Of a stretch of DNA of 64,000 bases, positions 46,484 through 56,740 are shown piece after piece. The translations under genes were made by a program, and so were the position numbers. The DNA lies in contig NZ_JAGYIM010000017.1 in NCBI RefSeq assembly GCF_018402695.1, positions 56,074 through 120,073 of the forward strand, written 5' to 3'. The DNA is from Arsukibacterium sp. GTDB lineage: Bacteria > Pseudomonadota > Gammaproteobacteria > Enterobacterales > Alteromonadaceae. Under the pieces are notes generated by a model. The model saw only the letters and a list, made by a program, of their open reading frames with translations, had not been told where the DNA came from and did not search any database. Each line of letters begins with the position of its first letter. Within the stretch, counting starts at the first letter, position 1.

Positions 46484-47010
46484 TGCATAGTTTCCTGTTG
46501 CCGTAATGCTGGCGGGTATAGTGGCAAAATGCCCGACTCCCCGGCCATATCACCCACCAGCCAGATTTCGTTAAAAGGATGGGATTTAGGCATGTGCAGC
46601 TTGTCACAGTGTGACAGCAGATCCTGGCGGGTCCATAATGGATTGGCATTGCGAATAACCAGCCAGACATTGTCACTCTGGTAGTGTTTCTGTGCTTTGC
46701 TGCTGATAATCCGGTTTAGCGCCGTCAGTAGCCGGTGCTCTGGTGGTGTTCGTAACAGCGCCATCAGCTCGCGGTGGGTTTCAGCACTAATGGCCCTGCC
46801 CAGAATATGCATGGCTTCAACTTCACTACCGTACAAATGCGCAATTTCTAAATCCAGTTTACTGCTCTCGTAATAACAGGAGACATCTGGCCTTGCCGGC
46901 TCATTATGCCAGATATGACGCATTTTAATGCCGAAACGCTGTTGGTACAGCCGCATAAAAATCCGGGCAGCTTCATGCTCCAGTTTTATTTTTTCTTCAG
47001 ACCCGTTCAT
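46477..47010 (-). CDS. hypothetical protein (177 aa from MNGSEEK..)
   Basis: The ORF overlaps the downstream gene by 7 nt. Start chosen to avoid overlap with the lysE-family gene. No family recognised. Confidence 0.5.
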   Translation of the reverse strand: MNGSEEKIKLEHEAARIFMRLYQQRFGIKMRHIWHNEPARPDVSCYYESSKLDLEIAHLYGSEVEAMHILGRAISAETHRELMALLRTPPEHRLLTALNRIISSKAQKHYQSDNVWLVIRNANPLWTRQDLLSHCDKLHMPKSHPFNEIWLVGDMAGESGILPLYPPALRQQETMQC

Positions 47011-47029
47011 AACCGATACCTTAACAGGC

Positions 47030-47656
47030 TCAAGTTGCCGCTGTGAAGTAATAGCGCCAAATCTCAATCATTACCGGGACTACAGAAAGCAACAGGATGA
47101 AACCCATGCAGATATTAAAAACCCGCTGCAACAACGGTTTTGTCAGCACTTTACCTAAGCCCGCACCAAATACCAGCCAAATGCCTACACACGGAAAAGC
47201 GACCAGTAAAAAAGCCAGGGTTATCATCATAACCTGATACCAATATACGCCGGTGACTGAGGTAAACGCTGCCACGGCACCCGACGCCATCACCCAAGCT
47301 TTGCCATTAACCCACTGGAACAAGGCTGCCTGCAAAAAACTGAACGGTTTACTTTTACCGGTAGCAATCGTCTCAGGCCGGGCGCTGGCAATGCGCCAGG
47401 CCAACCAGATTAAATAAACTGTTCCGGCAATCTTAATCAACTGATGCAAATGAGGATAACGATCAAATATTACGCCGAAACCTAACCCGACCAGCAATAC
47501 CATTAGCGGAAAGCCAAGGCATATACCCAGCCAGTGTGGCACACTTTGTTTAATACCGTAATTAACCCCGGATGACATAATCATCACATTGTTGGGGCCT
47601 GGTGTTATGGTGGTAGAAAATGCAAAAAACAACACGGCAAAAACAATTCCATACAA
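47030..47656 (-). CDS. LysE/RhtB-family amino-acid exporter
   Basis: 208 aa with 6 TM segments and an N-terminal ..TPGPNN.. motif. Confidence 0.85.
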   Translation of the reverse strand: MYGIVFAVLFFAFSTTITPGPNNVMIMSSGVNYGIKQSVPHWLGICLGFPLMVLLVGLGFGVIFDRYPHLHQLIKIAGTVYLIWLAWRIASARPETIATGKSKPFSFLQAALFQWVNGKAWVMASGAVAAFTSVTGVYWYQVMMITLAFLLVAFPCVGIWLVFGAGLGKVLTKPLLQRVFNICMGFILLLSVVPVMIEIWRYYFTAAT

Positions 47657-47676
47657 GGCCTCTGCTAAGCATTAAA

Positions 47677-48531
47677 TTACTTTGCAGGATGATACCAGAG
47701 TCGATGGTCTTGCAACGGAGTTTGTGCTGGTAATAGTGGATTTTCCAGAATGATAAGTTGCCGCTGCTCAAGTTTCAATTCAGCTAACTGGCTTGAAAAA
47801 AACTGCTGAAACAACTGTTCAAAACTGCCATCGGCCAACATTTTTTCCAAGCCGTGCCTGATATCTCCTGCCAGTTGCTCATTATCTGATCTGACAAAAA
47901 AATAGCTGGCCGCCGGGTAATGAATTAACCAGTTTTGTTCAATCACAATACTTTGTGGCGCCAACACCGCCGCTTCATCGGTTATCTCCAACACATTGCG
48001 CGGCACCGCATCAACCCGGCGCCGCTGCAACATCGAAAAAAGATTCTCGTATCGAGCGGCATCCATTACGTTAAAACCGTTTAAGCGCAGAATTTTAGTG
48101 TCTACCCAATCGTGGCCCTGAGCGTATAACAACCGTCTGATAGCAACGGGCGCATGGATAGCAGCGAAGGCGTCCTGGTTTGCCTGATGAATTAATGCAA
48201 CCCGGTAACCACTTAACCCTCTGAAAATTGGGATGCGAACAGGCAGTAATTCAAGCTCTCGTTCTATTGAGGTCATGGTCCAGATTACGTCAATTTCCTG
48301 TCCTTCACGCAAAAAAACCATAGCTCTGGACTTTGACATCGGCTCCGTGGAGCTTTGTAGCTGGTAACGGGTTTCAGCATAAGAAAGCGCCTGTTCCAGC
48401 AAGGCAAGCGGATAAACTGAGCGCGGGTCCTGCTGATTGGCAATAGCAGGATAACGAACTGGCTCTGCCTTAACGAGCAGACCAACGGATATCAATAACC
48501 CCAGCATGAGTAGCCTGAACACTTTCGCCAC
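47677..48531 (-). CDS. periplasmic solute-binding protein (family 3-like)
   Basis: Signal peptide and ~280 aa. GTG start with a GGAG SD. The family assignment is tentative. Confidence 0.6.
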   Translation of the reverse strand: MAKVFRLLMLGLLISVGLLVKAEPVRYPAIANQQDPRSVYPLALLEQALSYAETRYQLQSSTEPMSKSRAMVFLREGQEIDVIWTMTSIERELELLPVRIPIFRGLSGYRVALIHQANQDAFAAIHAPVAIRRLLYAQGHDWVDTKILRLNGFNVMDAARYENLFSMLQRRRVDAVPRNVLEITDEAAVLAPQSIVIEQNWLIHYPAASYFFVRSDNEQLAGDIRHGLEKMLADGSFEQLFQQFFSSQLAELKLEQRQLIILENPLLPAQTPLQDHRLWYHPAK

Positions 48532-48826
48532 AGCTTTTACTCCATATTTCTTATGTCAGCTGGTACCGCCACTATTAGCAACCAGACAAGTTACCCGCAT
48601 GGGGTTTGCCAAAGTGTAATTACCAATTGGCCCCGTTGCTCAATTAAACTATGATAAAACGATGATATTTAATAAGTTCTCTAATACCTGTAGGCATAGC
48701 TGCACTATAGTGGTGGTAGTATTTACTAGCAGTTAGTTATTTGCCTTTTTTATCATTTAAATAACATACTGATTTGCTTTAGTTAAATTATTAGCTAGAC
48801 TGGTGTGGATAACAAAGGAGAACGTT

Positions 48827-49021
48827 ATGAATAAAATTATTGGTTTAGCGTTATTAATTGTGGGTGCGGTACTACTTTATTTTGGTTACAACGCATATAA
48901 CTCTGCAGCATCTGAAGTGTCAGAGTTTGTAACAGGCAGCCCGACAGACAATGCCGTCTGGTACCTGGTTGCCGGTGGCCTGGCTGCCGTAATTGGTATT
49001 GGTGTGCTGCTTAAAAAATAA
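48827..49021 (+). CDS. DUF3185-like small membrane protein (64 aa)
   Basis: An AAGGAG SD lies 6 nt upstream of the ATG at 48827. Two TM helices: MNKIIGLALLIVGAVLLYFGY..AVIGIGVLLKK. Confidence 0.6.
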   Translation: MNKIIGLALLIVGAVLLYFGYNAYNSAASEVSEFVTGSPTDNAVWYLVAGGLAAVIGIGVLLKK

Positions 49022-49075
49022 GCCATTACACTTGCAGTTAAAATTACCAGTTAAAAATTGCCTTATATAATTACA

Positions 49076-49110
49076 AAGGCCACTTAAATTAGTTTAAGTG
49101 GCCTTTGTTT
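49076..49110. terminator. bidirectional terminator (small membrane gene / glnS)
   Basis: AAAGGCCACTTAAA-ttag-TTTAAGTGGCCTTT 14-bp stem. Confidence 0.6.
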
Positions 49111-49134
49111 AAGACTGATAACGAGCAGTAATAT

Positions 49135-50799
49135 CTACTCTTCAGACTTACCCCAACTGTCCCGCAACCCGACAGTACGGTTGAAAATTAACTTCTCTGC
49201 TGATGACTCCCTGTCAGCACAATAATAACCTTCCCGCTCAAACTGATAAGCCTGTTCAGCTTTTGCTGTTGCCAGTGAAGGCTCAGCAAAACCCTGTTTA
49301 ATCACCAGGGACTCTGGGTTAATCACGGTTAAGAAGTCTTCAGCCGCAGCCGGGTTTGCCACACTGAACAACCTGTCATAAACCCGGAACTCTGCCGGTA
49401 ATGCATTAGTTGCTTCAACCCAGTGAATAACACCACGTACTTTACGACCGTCAGCCGGGTTTTCACCCAGGGTTTCCGGCAAATAACTACATTTCAGCTC
49501 AATAATATTGCCATCGCTATCTTTAACAGCCTCATCCGCATGAATAACATAAGCATTGCGCAGTCTGACATCACCGTTCAGAACCAGCCGCTTATACTTT
49601 TTATTTGCTTCTTCCCGAAAGTCAGCGCGATCAATATAGACCACAGGCCCAAACGGCAACTGACGACTGCCCATGCTGTCATCTTTCGGATGATTCGGTG
49701 AATCAAGCACCTCAACGCCGTCAGCTGGATAGTTAGTAATAGTGACTTTCAGCGGATCTAACACTGCCATTGCCCGTGGCGCTGTGACATCTAAATCTTC
49801 CCGGATACAAGCTTCCAGTGCGCTCATTTCAATAACATTGTCTTGCTTGGTCACACCTATACGTCTGGCAAACTCGCGAATGGCGCCCGGCGTGTAGCCA
49901 CGGCGTCGTAAACCAGCAATGGTTGGCATTCTTGGGTCGTCCCAGCCGGTAACCACATTTTGCTCTACCAGCATTTGCAGTTTACGCTTACTCATTACGG
50001 CATACTCAAGATTAAGCCGAGAGAATTCAATCTGTTGCGGATGGCAGTTGATACTGATGTTATCCAGGATCCAGTCGTACAAGCGGCGGTTATCCTGAAA
50101 CTCCAGAGTACAAAGGGAATGGGTAATCCCTTCCAGCGCATCCGAAATACAGTGAGTAAAGTCGTACATTGGATAAATGCACCACTTGTCACCGGTTTGA
50201 TGGTGATGGGCGAATTTTACCCGGTAAATAACGGGATCGCGCATGCACATAAAGCTGGAGCTCATATCAATTTTGGCCCGCAGCGAACATTCGCCCTCGT
50301 TAAAGCCTCCTGCGCGCATTTTGGCAAATAATGCCAGATTTTCTTCCACTGAGGTGTCACGGGTTGGGCTATTTTTACCCGGTTGGGTTAAATTGCCCCG
50401 ATATTCGCGCATCTGCTCGTTGTTAAGAAAACAAACATAGGCCAGGCCTTTACTGATTAATTCAACGGCAAAATCATGCAGCGCGTCAAAATAATCAGAT
50501 GAATAGCGAACTTCTCCACTCCACTGAAAACCCAGCCAGTTTACGTCCCGCTGAATTGAATTTACAAAATCGATGTTTTCTTTCTCAGGGTTGGTATCAT
50601 CAAACCGTAAATTACATTGCCCCTGGTAATCATCGGCAATACCAAAGTTCAGGCAAATAGACTTGGCATGGCCAATATGTAAAAAGCCATTGGGTTCAGG
50701 CGGAAAACGGGTTTGCACCGCCTTATGTTTGCCACTGGCTAAGTCGGCATCAATAATTTGCCGGATAAAATTGCTGGGGCGATGTTCAACGTCCGCCAT
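49135..50799 (-). CDS. glnS: glutaminyl-tRNA synthetase
   Basis: 554 aa with HIGH (..FLHIGHAK..) and VMSKR motifs. Confidence 0.97.
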   Translation of the reverse strand: MADVEHRPSNFIRQIIDADLASGKHKAVQTRFPPEPNGFLHIGHAKSICLNFGIADDYQGQCNLRFDDTNPEKENIDFVNSIQRDVNWLGFQWSGEVRYSSDYFDALHDFAVELISKGLAYVCFLNNEQMREYRGNLTQPGKNSPTRDTSVEENLALFAKMRAGGFNEGECSLRAKIDMSSSFMCMRDPVIYRVKFAHHHQTGDKWCIYPMYDFTHCISDALEGITHSLCTLEFQDNRRLYDWILDNISINCHPQQIEFSRLNLEYAVMSKRKLQMLVEQNVVTGWDDPRMPTIAGLRRRGYTPGAIREFARRIGVTKQDNVIEMSALEACIREDLDVTAPRAMAVLDPLKVTITNYPADGVEVLDSPNHPKDDSMGSRQLPFGPVVYIDRADFREEANKKYKRLVLNGDVRLRNAYVIHADEAVKDSDGNIIELKCSYLPETLGENPADGRKVRGVIHWVEATNALPAEFRVYDRLFSVANPAAAEDFLTVINPESLVIKQGFAEPSLATAKAEQAYQFEREGYYCADRESSAEKLIFNRTVGLRDSWGKSEE

Positions 50800-50931
50800 A
50801 ATGTAAAATGTCCTTGTTAAAACAAATAAAGAAGATATTAATGGCCGGCATTATAACACTGCCAGTGCCAGTAGCTATTGCCAGTTAGCCAAAAAACCGC
50901 CAGCCAGCAGCATTGCCAGCTTAATGTCTTG

Positions 50932-52566
50932 CTAGACCCAGCCCCTGGGCTTATATGCCGTTGGGTATTCTGGCATACCCAGCACCCGGTTTAGCCAGAT
51001 TGCGTGGGGTGGCAGTTTTTGCCGGGCCATTTGCAAGCGCTGCATAATGGCTGGATGCACACCGGTCGGTGGCAAGTCAGGCCCATAGCGCTGCCTACAC
51101 TCGTCTTCCAAAAAGCCCATGCCATATAATATGCACTCATAACTCTCATGGTTCCATAAACCGCCTGTATCAACCGCTGCCCGGCTATCTGCAGTTTCGG
51201 ACGAAACACTATCAGCGCCGGAAGTCGCCATACCCGGGTACCACTGATCCTGAAAATCATGGGCACTGGGTGGTTTAATCCGCCAGAACGCCAGTTTTGC
51301 TTTCAACCGCTCGGTGATCCGCTCCGGTTTTTGCACTTCCCGCCAGAATGCCGTATCGGTGCGTTTAGTCATGCAGTAATGCATGTTGATAAAATCAAGA
51401 ATTTCATAAAAACGGTTTGCCATCAGTCGATTATAACGGCCAGCCAACACCTCCATACTGTCATCATCATAAGGAAAGTGTTCTGCCAATAGCACCGCAC
51501 CTAAATCACTCAGATACAGACCGGTAGATTCCAGCGGTTCGATAAAGCCGCCTGACAAACCAATCGCCACGCAGTTACCGTGCCAGTTGTCTTGGCGCCG
51601 GCCAACCTTAAAATCAACAAATCTGGCCGTCAGATGCTCGGTACCCGGCCCCTGATAGGCCCGCATTTCCTGCTCCGCTTGCTGTTTGCTGATAAACTGA
51701 CTGGAATGGACATAGCCGACAGAACGCTGGTTTTGCATCGGAATATCCCAAATCCAGCCGGCGGACAATGCTGTCGCTGTGGTATAGGGCCTGATCATGC
51801 CAGGGTAGAATTTGTCATAGGGCAGATGCATGGTCACAGCCCGGTCACACAACAACCACTGCGAGCAGTCTTCAAAGCCAACTTTCATTTGTTCTTCAAT
51901 AAGTTTGGCTTTAAAGCCGGTGCAATCAACAAACAAGTCTGCCGTCAGCCGTTGCTGTTGATCAGTGGTTACCGCAATAATTTTTTCCGGGCCCTGCATT
52001 TCAACGTCTGTCAGGTTTGCCAGGGTGTGCACTACGCCGCGTGCGGTAGAAAAATCGCGCAGGTAGTCAGCAAATTTCTGGGCGTTCATATGATAGGCAT
52101 AATTAAGCGGCGAGCCCATATCCCATTTACCCAGCATCAACGGGGCCAGGCCCATTTCACAAATAATTGGCTGGGCTGAGCAGGTTTCCATAAAGGGGAT
52201 GCTGCGATCGCTTTGCAACCAGTCACAGCCTGCCCGGTCGATGGGTTGGACCCGCATACTGGTAAAGGGATGATGATAAAAGCTGTTATCGTTATGCACC
52301 CAATTGCAATACTTGATCGACTGTTTAAAGGTAGCATCAGTTGCCTGCATAAACTCACGTTCATCCACCCCGACTACTGCTAGTAAATGGCGCATTGACG
52401 GTATTGTCGCCTCACCTACTGAAATTCTCGGAATATCCGGTGATTCCAGCAGTTCAATCAGGACATTTTGTTCTTTACCCTGCTTGTTAAGCGCCCCATT
52501 CAGATAGGCCGCAGTCATCCAGCCAGCTGAACCACCACCGACAATCAGTACTTTTCGTTGTTGCAT
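50932..52566 (-). CDS. FAD-dependent tryptophan-halogenase-family protein
   Basis: Contains VLIVGGGSAGW (GxGxxG) and ..GWIWDIP.. (WxWxIP-like) motifs. ATG at 52566 with a GGAG SD. Confidence 0.85.
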   Translation of the reverse strand: MQQRKVLIVGGGSAGWMTAAYLNGALNKQGKEQNVLIELLESPDIPRISVGEATIPSMRHLLAVVGVDEREFMQATDATFKQSIKYCNWVHNDNSFYHHPFTSMRVQPIDRAGCDWLQSDRSIPFMETCSAQPIICEMGLAPLMLGKWDMGSPLNYAYHMNAQKFADYLRDFSTARGVVHTLANLTDVEMQGPEKIIAVTTDQQQRLTADLFVDCTGFKAKLIEEQMKVGFEDCSQWLLCDRAVTMHLPYDKFYPGMIRPYTTATALSAGWIWDIPMQNQRSVGYVHSSQFISKQQAEQEMRAYQGPGTEHLTARFVDFKVGRRQDNWHGNCVAIGLSGGFIEPLESTGLYLSDLGAVLLAEHFPYDDDSMEVLAGRYNRLMANRFYEILDFINMHYCMTKRTDTAFWREVQKPERITERLKAKLAFWRIKPPSAHDFQDQWYPGMATSGADSVSSETADSRAAVDTGGLWNHESYECILYGMGFLEDECRQRYGPDLPPTGVHPAIMQRLQMARQKLPPHAIWLNRVLGMPEYPTAYKPRGWV

Positions 52567-52599
52567 TGTGCGCTCCACAACTAGTTGCTTATTATTCTT

Positions 52600-53388
52600 C
52601 TAAAAGTAACCCAGTAAACGACGTAACCCCGGAGCCGCATATTCCACCAATTGCTTTTGCATATCGGGCAGCACTGCTGGCAACTCAACTTTTTGTCCGG
52701 CCAGGTTTTCCCGATAGGTACCGCTTTGCTCTTTATCAGCGCCGGCCAGTACCCGCTCCCGCCAGTCTGCGGGCAGCCCGGCTAAGCCCAATGGTTGGAG
52801 TAAATCAGTGAAAAAGGCTTCCGCCTGCGGTGTTTCCAATATTTTTAAATACTTCAGCACATCCTCAAAACGGACTAACTTGCTGCCGGTACCTAACCAG
52901 GCCACCGCATTATGGGTGTAGATTTCATTTAAAGTCGGTGCTTTCTGGTAAATACCAAAAATCATCATATTCAGCATTTGCTCTATTGATACTTTGCCGC
53001 CTTTTAAATGATCCATCGAGCCCTGAAAAGTATCAGACAGAAAAAAGCGGGCCCGGGCCAGCACCCAATCGTACGGATCACGAACTATAACCAGTTGCCT
53101 GACATTTTTCAGGGCGATAGCGGAGCTGTCGGAGAACAACAAATGGCCCCAGCTAAGTTTGGGTTTTTCGGTACTGAATGCAGCCAGATGCTGGTGCAAA
53201 ATAGGAATTTGAATAAACTGTCGGTCATACTGTTGCGCTACCGGCACAAACATCCGGAAGATATTTTTCAGCAAGTGCGTACCGCATTTTGGTACGGAAT
53301 TCAGAAAAACCGGCTGCATAAGCTCAGATTGTGAATAATTAGCGTTAATATCGTTTAACGTGTCAGGTTTGGCATGGATCGTAGGCAT
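52600..53388 (-). CDS. sulfotransferase-fold protein
   Basis: A 5'-PSB-like loop (SVPKCGTHLL) and a 3'-PB-like motif (IVRDPYDWVLARARF). Confidence 0.6.
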   Translation of the reverse strand: MPTIHAKPDTLNDINANYSQSELMQPVFLNSVPKCGTHLLKNIFRMFVPVAQQYDRQFIQIPILHQHLAAFSTEKPKLSWGHLLFSDSSAIALKNVRQLVIVRDPYDWVLARARFFLSDTFQGSMDHLKGGKVSIEQMLNMMIFGIYQKAPTLNEIYTHNAVAWLGTGSKLVRFEDVLKYLKILETPQAEAFFTDLLQPLGLAGLPADWRERVLAGADKEQSGTYRENLAGQKVELPAVLPDMQKQLVEYAAPGLRRLLGYF

Positions 53389-53490
53389 GTCACTCTCTTG
53401 TATTGTTCTTTGTATAGCACGTTGTATTAGAGTAAAACAACCGAAAAGGTTGAGCTAAGGTTTTACTCCGTTTTTATCTGCGCTGTAAAT

Positions 53491-53518
53491 AAAAATGCCG
53501 ACTTGCGTCGGCATTTTC
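53491..53518 (-). terminator. terminator after the TonB-dependent receptor
   Basis: AAAATGCCGAC-ttgc-GTCGGCATTTT. Confidence 0.6.
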
Positions 53519-53531
53519 TAAAAGCTTAAGC

Positions 53532-56504
53532 TTAGAACTCGTAAGAAACGTTCATAAACAAACGACGGCCTAACCAGTCATACTGACTGTAGAAGGCTGA
53601 GGTGCCGAGGCGGGTCACACCACCAATCGCGCTGACTTTTGGTGGTTCTTTATCAAAGGCATTGGCCACACCGAAGGTGAAATCAAGACCAGCATCCCGG
53701 AATTCTTTAGACACCGAGAATGAATGATAAACAAATGCATCTGAGTGTAATACCAGTTTAACTTCATCGCCACGGTATGAACCTGTATCACGATACTCAC
53801 CAAGGCCATAACGGGTGTAGTTAGACACTTCGCCAGTGTATCGCGCAGTCCAGTTAAAGGTCCAGTCTTCATAGTCAAGTGCGACCATCAGGTTACCAAC
53901 GTCTCTTGGCCGGCCAAATTCACCGGTTCTGTCAATTGGTTCACTGGTCGCAAATAACTGCTGTGATGCCTGTAACTGACGGGTATGCTGGTAAGTTGCA
54001 CTTAACTCACCTATTGGCGTATCTGTGCGGTAGCCAATTTGCATATCAATACCGCGATTAACCTGAGTCGCAATATTCAGGTAGCCCCCCCGCACATCGG
54101 TGATCCGTAAATCGGTTGGATCCCGATCAAACTGAGTACATAATGGTTCTGAGCTGAAAGTTTCCGACACATAACAGTTACCAACGATCTGACCGGCGCT
54201 TAAGTTCGTCACTTCACCTGTTATTTCGATGTTGAAGTAGTCAATTGACGCACTAACATCAAGGTCAGTGAACTCAGGGATCCAGACTAAGCCAACTGTT
54301 TTCGCTACTGAAGTCTCCGCTTCCAGCTGACCGGCACCACCACCAGTGGTGACGGTAGCAGAAATTGCACCGCCACCGAAATCTGCCGGAATACCATCCG
54401 CCGCACAGTTACTTGCTACGATCTCGCTTGTCGTGCCGGCTTCTAAGCCGTCACCCCAGTTAATACAAGGGTCGATCGCCCGCTGACCAACAAAGCTTGT
54501 TTGGTTATTCAGATACAACTCGTACAGGGCCGGCGAACGGAATGACGAGCCACGTGACGCCCGTAAGCGGAAACCCTGCCCAACCTGCCAGTTTAAGCCA
54601 GCTTTATAGGTGTAATCACTGCCATAAGACGATACGTCAGTGTAGCGACCTGAAATTGCAAAATCTAATGCTTCTACGAAAGGTAAATCTCGCAGGAATG
54701 GGATTTGCAGTTCAGTGAATACGGCTTTAGTGCTGTGTTTACCTTCGGTAATACCGGCAGAAGTCTGACCCCAGGTATTAGCGCGCAGAGTTTCTACGCC
54801 CGGGGTATCTTTGATTGAATCACGCTGATAACTGGCACCTACCGCCAGACCGATTGGCCCTGCTGGCAATTCGAATAAATCACCGGTGATAAAACCTTCC
54901 AGAGTTTGCTGTTTATAAACCGTATTACCTGTTTGCTCACCGAACAGGAAATCGCGCACTTCACCGGTAATATTACCGGCCAGGAACTGCGGATCTAACC
55001 AGGGTACATCAACACAAGGCACACCACGAATAGGGGTTACTTCACCAACACAAGAGCCAGAGGCAAAGTTGTATGGCGAAATAGCATCTTCATAAATTAA
55101 TTCAGACTGATAGTCACCGTCACTATGGCTGTCCTGATAAGACAGATCCCAGAACCAGTTACCGAAATCGCCATTCAGGCCTAAAACAAAGCGGCGGTAA
55201 TCAACGGTAATTTTATCGCTATTATGATCAGTAATTGCTGTCGGGCTTAACCATTGGGCACCGGTCCAGCCAGCGCTTAACGGGTCACCGGCAAAAAAGT
55301 CTTCGTTGTATTTGTAGCTCCAGAACTGACGATAACCATTTGTCTCGGTGGTACGGCGGTTTAATAAGACTTCACCATACAGCATCATGCTGTCGGTCAG
55401 TTCATAATCACCCTGAGCATAAGCGGTAATCACCTCTGTTTCTGGAATTAACGTTTGGAGATCCTGAAATGGGTGGTCAGCGTTCGCCACGGCATCGGAC
55501 GCACGATCATATGCTACCGGAAACCAGCCTGGCGGGGTAACCATAAAATCAGGGTTGGTTGGATCGGTTGCAAAGCCAGGAATATAGTTGGCTAAATCGG
55601 CATCGTAATCAAACTGGGCCTTGGCACCAGCTGGCACGTTACCGCCAGCCCCCTGGTAGTCATACAGCCAGACATGACCCCATAATAAGTCGTTACAATG
55701 ATAGCTGCCGGTTCTCGGGTCTATCGGATCTGCCCGCTCACCACTTTCCGGGTCAAAAATATAACGCTCGGCACAATTAAAGAAACTACGTTGCCCCTGC
55801 GCCAGCTCTTCCTGTAGTTTATAGTCGCCCACTACCCGGAATGAACCGCGGCCGAAAGTCTTACCATAAGTTGCATCCAACTGAATGTTTTCGCCACCGC
55901 TTTCGCTTGGTTGTGAAGTGTAAAGGTTAACTGAACCTTCATCGCCCTTTTTAGTGATTATATTTATAACACCGGCCACCGCGTCAGAGCCGTACAGCGA
56001 TGATGCACCGTCTTTTAAGATTTCAATCCGGTCAATTGCTGATAGCGGCAGTACGTTAGGGTCGAAAGACGAGACCTGGCCACGGGTACCGGCAGGGCCT
56101 GCCCGGCGGCCATTTAATAAAACAAGAGTACGGTTAGCACCTAAGCCCCGTAATGAAATATTCTCTGAACCGGTACCACCTTCAGTAACAAAAGCAGTCG
56201 ACGCTGCCGCTGTGATCTGATTGGACCCTGCTGCCACAGTGGAATTACGTAACAACTCACCCAGGTTGCTGATACCCTGGCTGGCCGCTACGCTGGCGTT
56301 AATAACTTCTATCGGCGCGGCCTGATCCAGACCGTCGGTCCTAATACGTGAACCGACCACCTGAATACGTTCGGTTTTCTCTTCGGCTTTTTCTGTCTCA
56401 TCCGTCTGGTCCTGCGCTTGCAGGCTGAACATTGACGACGCCAGCACACAGCTGACGGCTAACGACAGTGGTTTCTTCCTGGTAAATGGAGCGAAATTTT
56501 TCAT
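53532..56504 (-). CDS. TonB-dependent outer-membrane receptor
   Basis: Signal peptide, plug domain (..ERIQVVGSR.., ..IEILKDGASSLYGSDAVAGVINI..) and a C-terminal ..MNVSYEF. Confidence 0.9.
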   Translation of the reverse strand: MKNFAPFTRKKPLSLAVSCVLASSMFSLQAQDQTDETEKAEEKTERIQVVGSRIRTDGLDQAAPIEVINASVAASQGISNLGELLRNSTVAAGSNQITAAASTAFVTEGGTGSENISLRGLGANRTLVLLNGRRAGPAGTRGQVSSFDPNVLPLSAIDRIEILKDGASSLYGSDAVAGVINIITKKGDEGSVNLYTSQPSESGGENIQLDATYGKTFGRGSFRVVGDYKLQEELAQGQRSFFNCAERYIFDPESGERADPIDPRTGSYHCNDLLWGHVWLYDYQGAGGNVPAGAKAQFDYDADLANYIPGFATDPTNPDFMVTPPGWFPVAYDRASDAVANADHPFQDLQTLIPETEVITAYAQGDYELTDSMMLYGEVLLNRRTTETNGYRQFWSYKYNEDFFAGDPLSAGWTGAQWLSPTAITDHNSDKITVDYRRFVLGLNGDFGNWFWDLSYQDSHSDGDYQSELIYEDAISPYNFASGSCVGEVTPIRGVPCVDVPWLDPQFLAGNITGEVRDFLFGEQTGNTVYKQQTLEGFITGDLFELPAGPIGLAVGASYQRDSIKDTPGVETLRANTWGQTSAGITEGKHSTKAVFTELQIPFLRDLPFVEALDFAISGRYTDVSSYGSDYTYKAGLNWQVGQGFRLRASRGSSFRSPALYELYLNNQTSFVGQRAIDPCINWGDGLEAGTTSEIVASNCAADGIPADFGGGAISATVTTGGGAGQLEAETSVAKTVGLVWIPEFTDLDVSASIDYFNIEITGEVTNLSAGQIVGNCYVSETFSSEPLCTQFDRDPTDLRITDVRGGYLNIATQVNRGIDMQIGYRTDTPIGELSATYQHTRQLQASQQLFATSEPIDRTGEFGRPRDVGNLMVALDYEDWTFNWTARYTGEVSNYTRYGLGEYRDTGSYRGDEVKLVLHSDAFVYHSFSVSKEFRDAGLDFTFGVANAFDKEPPKVSAIGGVTRLGTSAFYSQYDWLGRRLFMNVSYEF

Positions 56505-56694
56505 ATGAGCTTCCTGAAAGTTTTTTTATTATGTTCTTTATTATATATTGCGGCGGCGACGGACAACGCAAATTTGTCAAAGTTCAACCGACACCTGAAT
56601 CTATACTAGTGGCTGCTAGGGGAATTGCAACGAAAAATTGATTTTTGCTGGCAATTGAATGGAGAAAAGTTGTTATGTACCGGTAATTATCCAT

Positions 56695-56722
56695 AAAAAA
56701 AACCGCCTGAAGGCGGTTTTTT
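56695..56722 (-). terminator. terminator after sucD
   Basis: AAAAAAAACCGCC-tgaa-GGCGGTTTTTT. Confidence 0.65.
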
Positions 56723-56740
56723 AAAAATATATAAAAGTTG

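Noticed and set aside
51580-52179. 199-aa plus-strand ORF inside the halogenase gene.
   Set aside because: It is a shadow ORF antisense to a well-supported 544-aa flavoprotein gene. Its composition is Arg/Gly/His-rich and it has no SD.
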